This document shows positions 38,446 through 48,639 of a stretch of DNA of 64,000 nt, piece after piece. The stretch's first letter is position 1. Each line of letters opens with the position of its first letter. The stretch comes from Candidatus Aldehydirespiratoraceae bacterium (GTDB taxonomy: Bacteria; Actinomycetota; Acidimicrobiia; Acidimicrobiales; Aldehydirespiratoraceae), in assembly GCA_965208435.1 (NCBI GenBank), contig OZ242337.1, forward strand, positions 64,998 through 128,997, in the 5' to 3' direction. The notes beneath the pieces were generated by a model. It was not told where the DNA came from. It ran no database searches and saw only the letters and a list, made by a program, of their open reading frames with translations. Made by a program: the position numbers and the translations under genes.

Positions 38446-39612
38446 GTGAAGATCGCCAGAGTAAAGGTAACTCACTTCGACATGTCGTTCTGGGGTGACT
38501 TCGCGGCTCGTCAGGACGAGCTCCGACTGGTCACTCTGATGGCTGGTCATCCCCAGTATCGACATCCACTGTCCAGTTGGTTCCCGACCGATGCAATGTG
38601 CGTGGTCGAGATCCAGACGGAGGACGGACTCGTCGGCAGCGGTTGGTGTGAAGACTATGCAGGGGCTACGAGCGTCATCATTGACCGGCATCTCAACAAG
38701 CTGCTCATCGGTGCCGATCCACTCGATCGCAGCCGCCTCTGGGACCAGTTGTATCGCAGCACAATGCCGTATGGACGCAAAGGGCCGGCGCTGTTGGCGA
38801 TCAGCGCGATCGATATTGCCTTGTGGGATCTGGCGGGCAGGCACTTCGGCCAACCGGTCTATCAGCTGCTCGGTGGTCGAGCTCGGGATTCGGTGCCCAT
38901 CTATGCAAGCCACCTGCACTTTACCAACGAGGACGAGTTCACTTCAGAGGCTGCCGAATACGTCAATCGAGGGTTCAAGGCCATGAAGATGCGATTTCTC
39001 CACGGCCCGGCCGATGGACGCGCGGGCATGAACCGCAATGTCGAACTTGTACAACTCCTCCGCGAGACCGTTGGTGACAACATCGAGATCATGGCAGACG
39101 CCTACATGGGCTGGAACCTCGAGTACGCGCAGTCGATCTGTCGTTTGCTGGCGCCGTTCAACATGAAGTGGATTGAGGAGCCGCTGCTTCCCGACCAGAT
39201 CAGGGACTACGGCGCGCTGCGACGTTCCTCGCCGGTCCCGATCGCGGCCGGCGAGCACGAGACCACCCGTTATGGATTCGCTCAGTTGATCGAAGCGGAG
39301 GCCATCGACATCGTTCAATTCGATATCGGTCGTGTCGGTGGATTCAGCGAGGCGCAGCGTGTGTGCGCACTCGCAGAGGTCGCTGGGCTTCCGGTGTACA
39401 CGCACTGCTACGGCATGCCGACACTTCATCTGGCAACAAGTGACACAACGATCGGCATGGTTGAGTACTTCCCGGTCCCGGTGTGGGAAGAGATCGAAGA
39501 GGCCCCACACTTCGACGGCGCGGTCATTCCCTCCAACGGCGAGGTACGGCTTGGGGACGAGCCAGGCCTGGGAGCGACTCTCACGCTGCCCGAGTTCACT
39601 CCGCTCACATGA
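38446..39612 (+). CDS. enolase-superfamily sugar-acid dehydratase, L-rhamnonate-dehydratase-like (paralogue 1)
   Basis: 388 aa with the long N-terminal capping segment typical of RhamD. Metal-ligand blocks IMADAYMGW, WIEEPL and AAGEHE. Confidence 0.75.
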   Translation: MKIARVKVTHFDMSFWGDFAARQDELRLVTLMAGHPQYRHPLSSWFPTDAMCVVEIQTEDGLVGSGWCEDYAGATSVIIDRHLNKLLIGADPLDRSRLWDQLYRSTMPYGRKGPALLAISAIDIALWDLAGRHFGQPVYQLLGGRARDSVPIYASHLHFTNEDEFTSEAAEYVNRGFKAMKMRFLHGPADGRAGMNRNVELVQLLRETVGDNIEIMADAYMGWNLEYAQSICRLLAPFNMKWIEEPLLPDQIRDYGALRRSSPVPIAAGEHETTRYGFAQLIEAEAIDIVQFDIGRVGGFSEAQRVCALAEVAGLPVYTHCYGMPTLHLATSDTTIGMVEYFPVPVWEEIEEAPHFDGAVIPSNGEVRLGDEPGLGATLTLPEFTPLT

Positions 39613-40532
39613 GTGAGAGCGTTTCGATTCACGGGATCGTGCCCGTCGTTCCAACGCCTTTCAATCCCGACGAATCGATCGACAGCGAGTCATTGGACAA
39701 CGTCGTTGACTGGATCGCAGACAGGCAACTCGCAGCGATCTGCCTACCCGCCTACGGCAGTGAGTTCTACAAGCTCAGCGAAACCGAACGCGACCGTGTC
39801 GTCTCGTTGGCCATCAAGGCGAACAACGGACGTATTCCGGTCATCGCTCAGGCCAACCATCCCTCGGCGCGGCTGGCATCGGAACTGGCCCGCCGTTACA
39901 GCGACATGGGCGCTGATGTCATCTCGTTCGCCATACCGAGGCAATTCGGCGCATCGGCACCGGACCTCCTCGACTATTGCGAGACCATCGCCAAGGCGAC
40001 AACGCAACCGGTCCTGATCCAGGATTTCAACCCCGGTGGACCAACAATCGGCGCCGAGTTCATCGCAGAGCTGAGCAATCGGGTCGACAACTTCCGGTTC
40101 GTGAAACTCGAGGACCCGATGATGCTTGACAGGCTCATCGACATCCGCGACCGCCTGCACCCAACAATCAGAATCCTTGAGGGATGGGGTGCTCTCTACA
40201 TGCTCGAGGGCATCGCTGCGGGGATCAGTGGGGTGATGCCCGGCGTGGCGATCGCTGATCTGCTGGATGTGGTCTTCGCGGCGGCAGACTCCGGTAATCA
40301 CGTTCGAGCCCACGACCTGTTCGGCTCATTGCTGCCGTTCATCAATTTCACTCTCCAAGACTTTGAGTACTTCCTGCAGATCGAGAAGCGCACTCTGGTC
40401 CGTCGCGGGTTGATCAATTCTCCAACTGTCCGTTCACTCACCAATTCACCCAGCCCGGCCGTGCTGGCACATGTCGACCGCTTGATCGACCAGATCGAAC
40501 GGATCCTTGAGTCAGAGGGCCTGACCAACTGA
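39609..40532 (+). CDS. DapA/NAL-family class I aldolase (candidate 2-keto-3-deoxy-sugar-acid aldolase)
   Basis: 307 aa with N-terminus GIVPVVPTPF, DHDPS-family layout. ATGA overlap with the dehydratase. Confidence 0.7.
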   Translation: MSESVSIHGIVPVVPTPFNPDESIDSESLDNVVDWIADRQLAAICLPAYGSEFYKLSETERDRVVSLAIKANNGRIPVIAQANHPSARLASELARRYSDMGADVISFAIPRQFGASAPDLLDYCETIAKATTQPVLIQDFNPGGPTIGAEFIAELSNRVDNFRFVKLEDPMMLDRLIDIRDRLHPTIRILEGWGALYMLEGIAAGISGVMPGVAIADLLDVVFAAADSGNHVRAHDLFGSLLPFINFTLQDFEYFLQIEKRTLVRRGLINSPTVRSLTNSPSPAVLAHVDRLIDQIERILESEGLTN

Positions 40533-40643
40533 ATAGTCGGGCAGCAAATCTCAATTGATTTCAGATCCAGGAATCCGAGCTGATTTTGCTATTCGGCAAC
40601 AGATATATGAAGTATGTTTCACGAGAGTGAATCGAGGATCGAA

Positions 40644-41726
40644 ATGGTCGCGAGAATCGGAGTTGTAGGAGCCGGATGGTGGGCAACACGAGCGCACCTG
40701 CCCGCGATCGTCGCGAACCCCGACAGTGAACTCGTGGCGATCGCAGATCCGATTGACGAGAAGCGCGAACGCGCAGTATCGGTGTTCGATCCCCAAGCCT
40801 CGTACACCAGCCATCGAGAGATGCTCGACAACGCCCAACTCGACGGTGTCGTGATCGCGGTTCCACACACTGCACACTTCGATGTCGCCATGGATTCGCT
40901 TCAGGCCGGATGTCATCTGATGCTGGAGAAGCCCATGGTGGTGGAATCCCGGCACGCGGCGTCCCTGCTCGAAGAGTCGGCCGAGCGGGGCCTCGAGATC
41001 GTCGTCGGCTATCCATACCACTACAACCAGCAGGTGCTCGCGGTTCGAGACTGGATCGCCAACGGCGAGATCGGCGAACTCCTGTACGTTCACTCATTGT
41101 TCGCCTCGACCGTGTGGGACCTCTTTCGCGGTGATGTCGACCTGGTGGCCGACGCGGTGGGTTTCACAATCACACCCACCGGAACCGACACCTACGGTGA
41201 CCCAGCGTTGTCGGGTGGCGGCCAGGCAATCGTCCAGATCACCCACTCCGCTGCTCTGCTGCTGTTCATGACCGGCTTGAAACCGACAGAAGTCTTCGCG
41301 TACATGGAGAACAAGGATCTGCGAGTCGACCTCGTCGACGCTTTGACGGTGCGATTCGACGGAGGCTGTATTGGGACGATCGGGTCGACGGGATCGAATG
41401 TCCAAACCCAGGAAGAGTTGCTCGAGTACCGGTTGTACGGGAGCGCGGGACACATCATCTTTGATCTGGCCACTTCGGATGTGGCTCTGCACCGTGCCGA
41501 CGGTTCGGTGACCCGCAACCCGGTCGCACCCACGTCGTCGTCTGCGACGGCGTACTCGAGCGCATACCCCGAGGACGCACCGGTGAACAACCTCGTCGAC
41601 GTGATCCTCGGACGAGACGAGAACCGTTCGCCGGCATCCCTCGGTGCCGAAGTCGTGTGCCTGCTCGAAGCCGCGTACGAGTCGGCGCGCACGGGCCTGC
41701 GCCAGCCGGTGCCGGACCAAAAATAG
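40644..41726 (+). CDS. Gfo/Idh/MocA-family oxidoreductase
   Basis: Rossmann N-terminus ARIGVVGAGWWATRAHLPA. GAGGA RBS before the ATG at 40644. Confidence 0.8.
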   Translation: MVARIGVVGAGWWATRAHLPAIVANPDSELVAIADPIDEKRERAVSVFDPQASYTSHREMLDNAQLDGVVIAVPHTAHFDVAMDSLQAGCHLMLEKPMVVESRHAASLLEESAERGLEIVVGYPYHYNQQVLAVRDWIANGEIGELLYVHSLFASTVWDLFRGDVDLVADAVGFTITPTGTDTYGDPALSGGGQAIVQITHSAALLLFMTGLKPTEVFAYMENKDLRVDLVDALTVRFDGGCIGTIGSTGSNVQTQEELLEYRLYGSAGHIIFDLATSDVALHRADGSVTRNPVAPTSSSATAYSSAYPEDAPVNNLVDVILGRDENRSPASLGAEVVCLLEAAYESARTGLRQPVPDQK

Positions 41727-41749
41727 CTAGACCCGCCAGGAGGAACCCC

Positions 41750-42613
41750 ATGAGCAGCCAATTCATCGACAGCCATCACCACCTCTGGGATCTCGACGCG
41801 GGCACCTACTCGTGGCTCGAAGAAGAGGATCCAGCCGAGACCGAGATAGTCGGCGACTACTCGGCGATTCGACGGAGCTATGTGATCAGCGACCTTCTCG
41901 CTGACTTCGAGGGAAGCAACGTGGTCAAATCTGTTCACATCCAAGCCGAATACGGAGGGCCTGATCAGGTATGGGAAACGGCATGGTTGCAAGGAATCGC
42001 CGACACGCACGGCTTTCCCCACGGCATCATCGCCAAGACCGACCTGAGTTCCGACACCGCTAGAGCCGAACTCGAACGACACGGTGAATACGCCAACATG
42101 CGAGGGGTGCGCAACTTCGTACAGGGAGACGACCTGCACAGTCCAGAGTTTCTGCGCGGCCTCCGGGCGCTTGCGGACCTCGGTTTCCTCTACGACCTCA
42201 ACTCCACTCATGAAGGAATGGCAGGGGCTCGCCGCGCCGCCGAGACGGTCGGAGACCTGCAGTTCATCCTGGGCCACGCAGGCATGCCGCTGGAGCGGAC
42301 CACGGAGTACTTCAACGAGTGGCGGGCGGCAATGCAACACCTGGCCGGAGCGCCCAACGTGGCCGTCAAGATCTCCGGTCTCGGTATGGTCGATCACAAT
42401 TGGACCGTCGAGAGCATCCGCCCCTGGGTTCTGGCGACAATCGAAGCGTTCGGCGTCGAACGGTGCATGTTCGCCTCCAACTGGCCTGTCGACCGCTTGT
42501 ACAGCGACTATGGCACCGTGGTCGACGCCTATCGCGAGATCACCTCGGGATGGTCACAGGACGAGACGGATGCACTGTTTCAGAAGAACTCGGAACGCTT
42601 CTACCGGATCTGA
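41750..42613 (+). CDS. amidohydrolase-2 family protein (sugar lactonase-like)
   Basis: 287 aa with N-terminus FIDSHHHLWD, as in L-fucono/rhamnono-lactonase-type amidohydrolases. AGGAGGA RBS. Confidence 0.7.
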   Translation: MSSQFIDSHHHLWDLDAGTYSWLEEEDPAETEIVGDYSAIRRSYVISDLLADFEGSNVVKSVHIQAEYGGPDQVWETAWLQGIADTHGFPHGIIAKTDLSSDTARAELERHGEYANMRGVRNFVQGDDLHSPEFLRGLRALADLGFLYDLNSTHEGMAGARRAAETVGDLQFILGHAGMPLERTTEYFNEWRAAMQHLAGAPNVAVKISGLGMVDHNWTVESIRPWVLATIEAFGVERCMFASNWPVDRLYSDYGTVVDAYREITSGWSQDETDALFQKNSERFYRI

Positions 42614-42622
42614 GGATTGAGT

Positions 42623-43792
42623 ATGGCAAAGATCAAGAAAGTCCGGGTTCGTCACGCCCCACGGTCGATCTGGGGCCATCTGGCTGAGCGCGAGAAAACG
42701 CTCCCGTTGGTAACGCCACTCGATGTGTACCCCGAGTATCAAGAGACCCGAGGGTCTTGGTTCTGGGACTCGCGGATGGCCGTTGTCGAAATCGAGACCG
42801 ACGATGGAGTTGTCGGGCAGGGATGGTGCGAAGACGGGGTAGGGGCCGTGTCACTGGTCGTCGACAATCACCTGAGCCGACTGCTCATCGGATCCGACGC
42901 ATCCGACGTGGAGGGACTGTGGGACCGCATGTACCGCGCCTCGCTCCCCTACGGGCGCAAGGGCATCGCCCTGCAGGCCATCAGCGCGATCGACATTGCA
43001 CTCTGGGACAACCTGGGCCGAGCCCTCAACAAGCCTGTCTACGAACTGCTCGGTGGCCCGGTCCACCGGTCGGTTCCGGTCTATGCGTCGGCGTTGCACC
43101 CGGTCGGCGCCGAACAGGTCGCCCAAGAAGCGAAGGCCTACGTGGCGCAGGGTTACGAGGCCATGAAGATGCGGTTCCCCTTCGGGCCTGGAGACGGTGT
43201 CAGAGGAATGGCCGAGAACGAAGCGCACATCGCCAATGTCCGCGATGCGGTCGGACCCGACATCGAGATCATGGCCGACGCATACATGGGCTGGAACTTC
43301 AACTACGCCAAGAAGATGTGCCAACGCCTGGAGAAGTACAACATGGCCTGGGTCGAGGAGCCTTTCGTTCCCGACGACCTGAACAGCTACGCCCGGCTGC
43401 GACAGGAGACGTCGATCCCAATCTCGGGTGGTGAGCACGAATACACGAAGTACGGCTTCCTCGACATCATCGAGAAGCAGGCGATGGACATCATCCAGCC
43501 CGACCTGCGTCGTTGCGGTGGTTTTACTGAGGGACGGAAAATCTCGGCGCTGGCTCAAGCATCCGGGATCACCGTCATTCCCCACGCCTACGGCGCCACC
43601 CACATCCACTTCGCGTTGGCTGACGCCGCAATCCCGATGATCGAGTACTTCCCGCTGCCCGTATGGGATGAATTGCCCGATTCTGAGGTTCAGGCGATCT
43701 TTGTCGGCGAACCCGAACCAGCGAACGGCAGAGTCTCAATCGATCCGCTTCCGGGTCTCGGCGTGAAAGTCAACGAAGCAATCTTCGATTGA
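42623..43792 (+). CDS. enolase-superfamily sugar-acid dehydratase, RhamD-like (paralogue 2)
   Basis: 389 aa, colinear with 38446-39612 (AISAIDIALWD, PVYELLGG, IMADAYMGW, WVEEPF, SGGEHE). Confidence 0.75.
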   Translation: MAKIKKVRVRHAPRSIWGHLAEREKTLPLVTPLDVYPEYQETRGSWFWDSRMAVVEIETDDGVVGQGWCEDGVGAVSLVVDNHLSRLLIGSDASDVEGLWDRMYRASLPYGRKGIALQAISAIDIALWDNLGRALNKPVYELLGGPVHRSVPVYASALHPVGAEQVAQEAKAYVAQGYEAMKMRFPFGPGDGVRGMAENEAHIANVRDAVGPDIEIMADAYMGWNFNYAKKMCQRLEKYNMAWVEEPFVPDDLNSYARLRQETSIPISGGEHEYTKYGFLDIIEKQAMDIIQPDLRRCGGFTEGRKISALAQASGITVIPHAYGATHIHFALADAAIPMIEYFPLPVWDELPDSEVQAIFVGEPEPANGRVSIDPLPGLGVKVNEAIFD

Positions 43793-43810
43793 GCCCAAAG
43801 GGCTGGATCG

Positions 43811-44911
43811 TCAGCCGATCTCCTCAGGGCGAACCGACCGGTTCTCACTCGCTGAGAGATAGGCAGCTCCGACGACCCGAAGGGTGTTCAGGTTCTCCCG
43901 TCCGCTTGTGAGCAGCTCTCCGTGCTGTCCCACCGCACCGATCAGCGACGCCATCGGACCGGCGAAAGCATCGGGTATCCACTTTCCCTTCAGCTTGGCC
44001 TCGAATCGATGTTCGGGATACTTGCCCGAAGCAGACGACTGCGCGGAACTGGACCATTGAAGAGTGTCCTCGCGGCCGTCGGGATAGTCATAGGACAGCC
44101 CCATCGTCCCACTGATCACGCCTTCGGTCCCGAGGAATCGAATCAACCCGAAAACATCGTCGCTGTTGTTCGAGTGGTTGACCGCCACGAGCGCTTGCAA
44201 CCCGTCCGGATAGTCGAGAACCGTGATCGTCTTGGTCTCCCCCGCAACACGATCCTCGCCCGGATAGCGGGTGTGGCGGCTGGTCACCCATTCGGGATCG
44301 CCGAAAAGGAAGCGCATCCCGTCGAGATAGTGGATCGAGTGGTACATGATCTCGAGTTGGGGCGACTTGGCGAGCCAGGGCCACAAGTGCCATGGGCTGA
44401 GCATGCTTTCGGAGATGCTGACCTCAGTCGGTTGCCCGATCCAGCCTTTGTCGATCAGTGTCTTTGACGCCTTGATCGCGGGGCTCCACCTGAACTGTTG
44501 GTTCACAGCCAGCAGCACGCCGGCATCCTCCGCGGCCCCAACGATCTCAACAGCCTCCGCGAACAGGTTCGACAACGGTTTCTGGCAGAGCAGGTGCTTG
44601 CCCCCGGCGATGAGCCTGCGGGCAACATTGAGTTGCTCCCAGGGAGGGACCGCGATATCGACAATGACTGCTTCAGCGTCGTTGGCCACTTCGTCAAGTG
44701 ATTCGTACACGCGGGTGATGCCATGGTCGGACGCGGTTCGCTCAGCGGCCTCGGAGTTCACGTCGAAACAACCCACAACATTGAAGTTGTGCTTTCTATA
44801 GGCGGGCAGGTGGGCGTAGTTGACGATGCCCCCGCAGCCAACGACGGCGATTCCCAACCCTGTGTTGGGCGGCAGGTGAATCCCGTAGTCGACGTCGAGC
44901 AGTTGATCCAT
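43811..44911 (-). CDS. Gfo/Idh/MocA-family oxidoreductase
   Basis: N-terminal Rossmann fold GIAVVGCGGIVNYAHLPA. Confidence 0.8.
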   Translation of the reverse strand: MDQLLDVDYGIHLPPNTGLGIAVVGCGGIVNYAHLPAYRKHNFNVVGCFDVNSEAAERTASDHGITRVYESLDEVANDAEAVIVDIAVPPWEQLNVARRLIAGGKHLLCQKPLSNLFAEAVEIVGAAEDAGVLLAVNQQFRWSPAIKASKTLIDKGWIGQPTEVSISESMLSPWHLWPWLAKSPQLEIMYHSIHYLDGMRFLFGDPEWVTSRHTRYPGEDRVAGETKTITVLDYPDGLQALVAVNHSNNSDDVFGLIRFLGTEGVISGTMGLSYDYPDGREDTLQWSSSAQSSASGKYPEHRFEAKLKGKWIPDAFAGPMASLIGAVGQHGELLTSGRENLNTLRVVGAAYLSASENRSVRPEEIG

Positions 44912-44962
44912 GGTCCCTCCTACACCGTTGTCAGCAACGCCGGACTCCGGAGTTCGACAAGG

Positions 44963-45280
44963 TCACTGGCAGAGACTCCACACGTGCCTCAACGGCATGG
45001 GCCAATCGGTCCCCTCTTCCAGTTCGCCGACGATGAGCTGATCCCCCCAGTGCTCCTCCCAACGCACCGCCTCGGGATTGACGTTGTAGAGCGCGGCGGC
45101 AGCTTCGTAGTCCTCGACCTCGATGAAGGAGATGACGAGGTCTTCGTGGAGATATATGTCGTAGTTCTTGAAGCCGAGCGAGCGAAGCAGCTCGTCGATC
45201 TCGGGCCAGACCGAGGAATGCTCGATTGCGTACTTCTCGGGGTCCCGCACACGGAACACATGACACAAACGCCGTGACAT
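44963..45280 (-). CDS. rhaM: L-rhamnose mutarotase-like protein
   Basis: 105 aa. H..VWPEIDELLRSLGFKNYDIYLHEDLVISFIEVED parallels the E. coli YiiL pattern. AAGGAGA RBS. Confidence 0.75.
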   Translation of the reverse strand: MSRRLCHVFRVRDPEKYAIEHSSVWPEIDELLRSLGFKNYDIYLHEDLVISFIEVEDYEAAAALYNVNPEAVRWEEHWGDQLIVGELEEGTDWPMPLRHVWSLCQ

Positions 45281-45294
45281 AACAGTCTCCTTTG

Positions 45295-46302
45295 TCAACC
45301 TCGGGTCAGATGAGTGCGCCGCCACTCGTCGTAGAGAACAGCAGCGATCAGCGATGTGCCAATAGCGATCTGTTGCCAGAACGACCTGACACTGAGCAAC
45401 ACCAGACCGTTTCTGAGAATCTGGATGAAGAGCAACCCCAGGAAGGTTCCCAGCAGTCGACCTCGACCTCCCTGCAAGCTCGCCCCTCCCAGGATCACCG
45501 CGGTGATCACGGCGAGTTCAGAACCAGAATTGAAGTTGGGTGCACCTGTTCCGAGGCGCATCGACGTCACCACACCCGCTAGGCCGGCAAGCATTCCGGA
45601 GACTCCGAAGAACACGACACGCCAACGGTTGATTCTCACTCCTGCGAGTCGGGCGGCTCGGTCGTTCGACCCGATCGCATACATGTATCGCCCGAACTTG
45701 GAACGAGGGATGATGAATCCGAGGATGGCGAGGCAGGCGAGGAGTATCCAGACAATGTTGGGAATCCCGAAGGTGTCGTTGATACCCATGTTCAAGAACG
45801 TGCGGCTGTCAATGACCTTCTCGCGGCCCCCTGTCACGAGCTGCCCGGCACCACGAACAATCGAGAGCATTCCAAGGGTCGTGATGAGGGGATTGATTCG
45901 TCCGTAACCGGTGATGACGCCGTTGACCATCCCAACGCCCAATCCCAGGGCCAGCGCACCGAGCACGGCCACCAGGAACGGCGCGCCAGAATTGGACAGC
46001 GAAGCTGCGGTGATCGCGGCCGCGGCCGACACAGCCCCCACCGAGAGGTCGAACCCTCCGGCGATAATGACAATGGTCTCGCCTACCGCCATGATGCCTA
46101 TCACGACCATGCCTCGACCGATCCCGTCGGTCATGTTGCGGAAGGTGAAGAAGTTCGGGGAGAGTGTCCAGAAGACTGCGATCTCGATTATCAGCGCGAT
46201 GATCAGTCCGGCACCGATGTCTTGAATGGGTCGACGAGCTGAATCGACGAACCGCTGACCTATGGCGCTGAGTCCCCAGGCTGAACCGCTGTCGCTGTTC
46301 AT
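45295..46302 (-). CDS. sugar ABC transporter permease (CUT2/RbsC-like)
   Basis: 335-aa polytopic membrane protein of the RbsC/FrcC type. Confidence 0.85.
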   Translation of the reverse strand: MNSDSGSAWGLSAIGQRFVDSARRPIQDIGAGLIIALIIEIAVFWTLSPNFFTFRNMTDGIGRGMVVIGIMAVGETIVIIAGGFDLSVGAVSAAAAITAASLSNSGAPFLVAVLGALALGLGVGMVNGVITGYGRINPLITTLGMLSIVRGAGQLVTGGREKVIDSRTFLNMGINDTFGIPNIVWILLACLAILGFIIPRSKFGRYMYAIGSNDRAARLAGVRINRWRVVFFGVSGMLAGLAGVVTSMRLGTGAPNFNSGSELAVITAVILGGASLQGGRGRLLGTFLGLLFIQILRNGLVLLSVRSFWQQIAIGTSLIAAVLYDEWRRTHLTRG

Positions 46303-46303
46303 A

Positions 46304-47062
46304 TCAGCCCTCCCCGTCGATACCGATGCCGCTCATCTGGCGAACTATGCGTGAGGTGAGAATGTCAACTGTCTGCCCGCTGACTGCGAACTCGTCGACA
46401 ATCTTGCCGTGTACCAACACTCCCACGGTGTCGCAGACCTGAATCAAGTCCGTGAAGCGGTGGCTCACCAGGATTATGGCTACGCCACGTTCCTTGAGAC
46501 GTTCGATGAGTTCGAGAAGGACGCCTACCTTGTCTACGGAGAGCGCCGCGGTCGGTTCGTCCATCAAGAGCAGCTTGGGTTGGAATTCGAGGGCACGAGC
46601 CACAGCCACAAGCTGGCGCTCACCGCCTGACAGGGTCTGCACCCGGCGATCAACAGGCATGTCTGTCCCAAGCGACGAAAGCACCTCCGCGGTCTGCTTC
46701 CGCATCTCGGCATGGTCGAGAAAACCGAACCGCTTCGACTTGGTCTTGCGCCGCTCTCGGCCCAAGAAGATGTTTGCGGTGGCGTCCAGGTCTTCACAGA
46801 GCGCAAGATCCTGAAAGATCATCTCGATGCCGGCGAGACGAGCGCCGATCTCAGACTGGAAGTCCACAACCTGGCCCTCCAGTTGAATCTCTCCAGAGTC
46901 GGGACGATGAACCCCGCTGAGAACCTTGAGTACCGTCGACTTGCCGGCACCGTTGTCGCCGACCAGCCCGTAGCACTGCGCGGAATCGACCGACATCGAG
47001 ACACACTTGAGCACGTCCACCGCGCCGAACGACTTCTGGATGTCGCTGATCTCAAGAATCAT
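46304..47062 (-). CDS. sugar ABC transporter ATP-binding protein, single NBD (FrcA-like)
   Basis: Walker A GDNGAGKST, signature LSGGERQLVA, Walker B LLLMDEPTAALS. 252 aa. Confidence 0.85.
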   Translation of the reverse strand: MILEISDIQKSFGAVDVLKCVSMSVDSAQCYGLVGDNGAGKSTVLKVLSGVHRPDSGEIQLEGQVVDFQSEIGARLAGIEMIFQDLALCEDLDATANIFLGRERRKTKSKRFGFLDHAEMRKQTAEVLSSLGTDMPVDRRVQTLSGGERQLVAVARALEFQPKLLLMDEPTAALSVDKVGVLLELIERLKERGVAIILVSHRFTDLIQVCDTVGVLVHGKIVDEFAVSGQTVDILTSRIVRQMSGIGIDGEG

Positions 47063-47147
47063 CGTGATATTGCCTCTGGGAATCGGGAAGGTTCGAGCCT
47101 GCTTGTCGAGGGATCGAACGCCAGAACTAAGGCGATGTCAAGCGCTT

Positions 47148-47186
47148 CTACCCCATCCCGCCAGTATCGCAGGCGGGATGGGGTAG
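47148..47186 (-). other. perfect 15-bp stem / 9-nt loop between the SBP and ATPase genes
   Basis: CTACCCCATCCCGCC (47148-47162) and GGCGGGATGGGGTAG (47172-47186) are perfect complements. No U-tract follows. Confidence 0.7.
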
Positions 47187-47199
47187 AACGAACCAGCAA

Positions 47200-48480
47200 T
47201 CAGGAGGGAAGATCGCCGATCAATACGCCTTCTTCTGTGTAGTAGTCGGCGATTGAGTCACGGTCGATGTACACGTGACTGATATGGATCTCTTGAGGCA
47301 CTGACTTGCCCTCGAGGATGTCGATCATCGCGGCCACGGCGAAGTCACCGTAGAACTCGGGGAAATACGCTGTGGTGCCGAGGAACTTGGTCTGCTCCAC
47401 CGGTCCTTCGTAGATCCGCTCGATTGCGTTGAGTTCTCCACCCTGTCCGGAAGCCACGCCATCGCGGCCGGCCTGCTCGATGGCCCGTGACATTGGAACT
47501 GTCACGACGTCGTCAAGCGAAGCAGCGAGCGGATGGATCGCATTCGGATTCCCGGTCAGCCAGTCGAGAGTCGACTGAAGTGCCTGCTCAGTGGTGCCGT
47601 CGACCGGTATCCGCACAACTCGGTCGTCGGGGACGTCACAGATCGCCTGGATTCCCTGCTGGAATCCCTGGAGCCGCAGGTCCGGAGCCGCGCCGGCTGT
47701 CAGGTTTTCACCCAGAAGGATCCAAATGTCCTGGCAGTCCCAGGTTTCCTGGGCGTAGAGTCCAGTATTGATACCGCTGATGGCACCGGACGTGAAGTTG
47801 TCAGCGCCGAAGAAGATCGCATTCGGGTGATAGACGTCCATGTTGATGACCGGAACTCTGGCCGCGTCATACAGCGCCATGGATGCGGCAGCCGCCGACT
47901 CTTGCCAGTTGGGGAAGACAGCGCCGTCCGGATTGAGCTGGAGCACTGTTTCGGTACAGCCCAGCGCCTTTGCCGGATCGAATTCGATGTCGCAGTTGCC
48001 TACGATCGAGGCTCCCGCAGCCTCTGCGGTGCGTATCGTTGAGTTTTCGAGCAGGGTTGAGAACTCTAGAGCCGCCCATGGGTTGGACCAGCCAATCTGC
48101 CAGTCCTGGGTAGCTGTCCGTGGTGACGGGTCGAAAGGTGGCGCAGGTTCATCACCATCCTGTTCGAAGACCCCGGTATCGAAGTTGTACTTCCAGAGGA
48201 AGACTTCGCTTGGTGGGAGCGCTCCGAGTATCCCTCCGGGGGGCCCGGGAAGCGCATATGTAGTTCCGTTCACCTCGAGCATGAAACTGCCCTCCGGTTC
48301 GGGTTCTTCAGCCTCTTCAGCAGGCTCTTCAACCTCTTCAGCAGGCTCTTCAGCCTCTTCAGCCTCTTCAGCGGGCTCTTCAGCCTCCGGTTCATCGGTG
48401 TCGTTTCCGCAAGCTGCTGCGAACAACGCAAGTGCTATTGCGGCTGTCCAGATAATCGGGCCTCTCGACCTCATATTCAA
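47200..48480 (-). CDS. sugar ABC transporter substrate-binding lipoprotein
   Basis: Signal peptide with a Cys (ALFAAAC), an acidic (EEPAEEA)n linker, then a type I periplasmic-binding fold. Confidence 0.8.
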   Translation of the reverse strand: MNMRSRGPIIWTAAIALALFAAACGNDTDEPEAEEPAEEAEEAEEPAEEVEEPAEEAEEPEPEGSFMLEVNGTTYALPGPPGGILGALPPSEVFLWKYNFDTGVFEQDGDEPAPPFDPSPRTATQDWQIGWSNPWAALEFSTLLENSTIRTAEAAGASIVGNCDIEFDPAKALGCTETVLQLNPDGAVFPNWQESAAAASMALYDAARVPVINMDVYHPNAIFFGADNFTSGAISGINTGLYAQETWDCQDIWILLGENLTAGAAPDLRLQGFQQGIQAICDVPDDRVVRIPVDGTTEQALQSTLDWLTGNPNAIHPLAASLDDVVTVPMSRAIEQAGRDGVASGQGGELNAIERIYEGPVEQTKFLGTTAYFPEFYGDFAVAAMIDILEGKSVPQEIHISHVYIDRDSIADYYTEEGVLIGDLPS

Positions 48481-48639
48481 TCCTCCTCCTTGTTCGGGTC
48501 AGAGCCACTCTGAACCCATGGTCGGCAATAGTACCCAGAGTCATACCCTGTGTCCAGAAATATGAAGTTCTGTTCACGATTGTGAAACATGCCGCCGTCG
48601 TCACTCAATAGTCCAGGCCCAATAGAGCTTGCCCACCCC

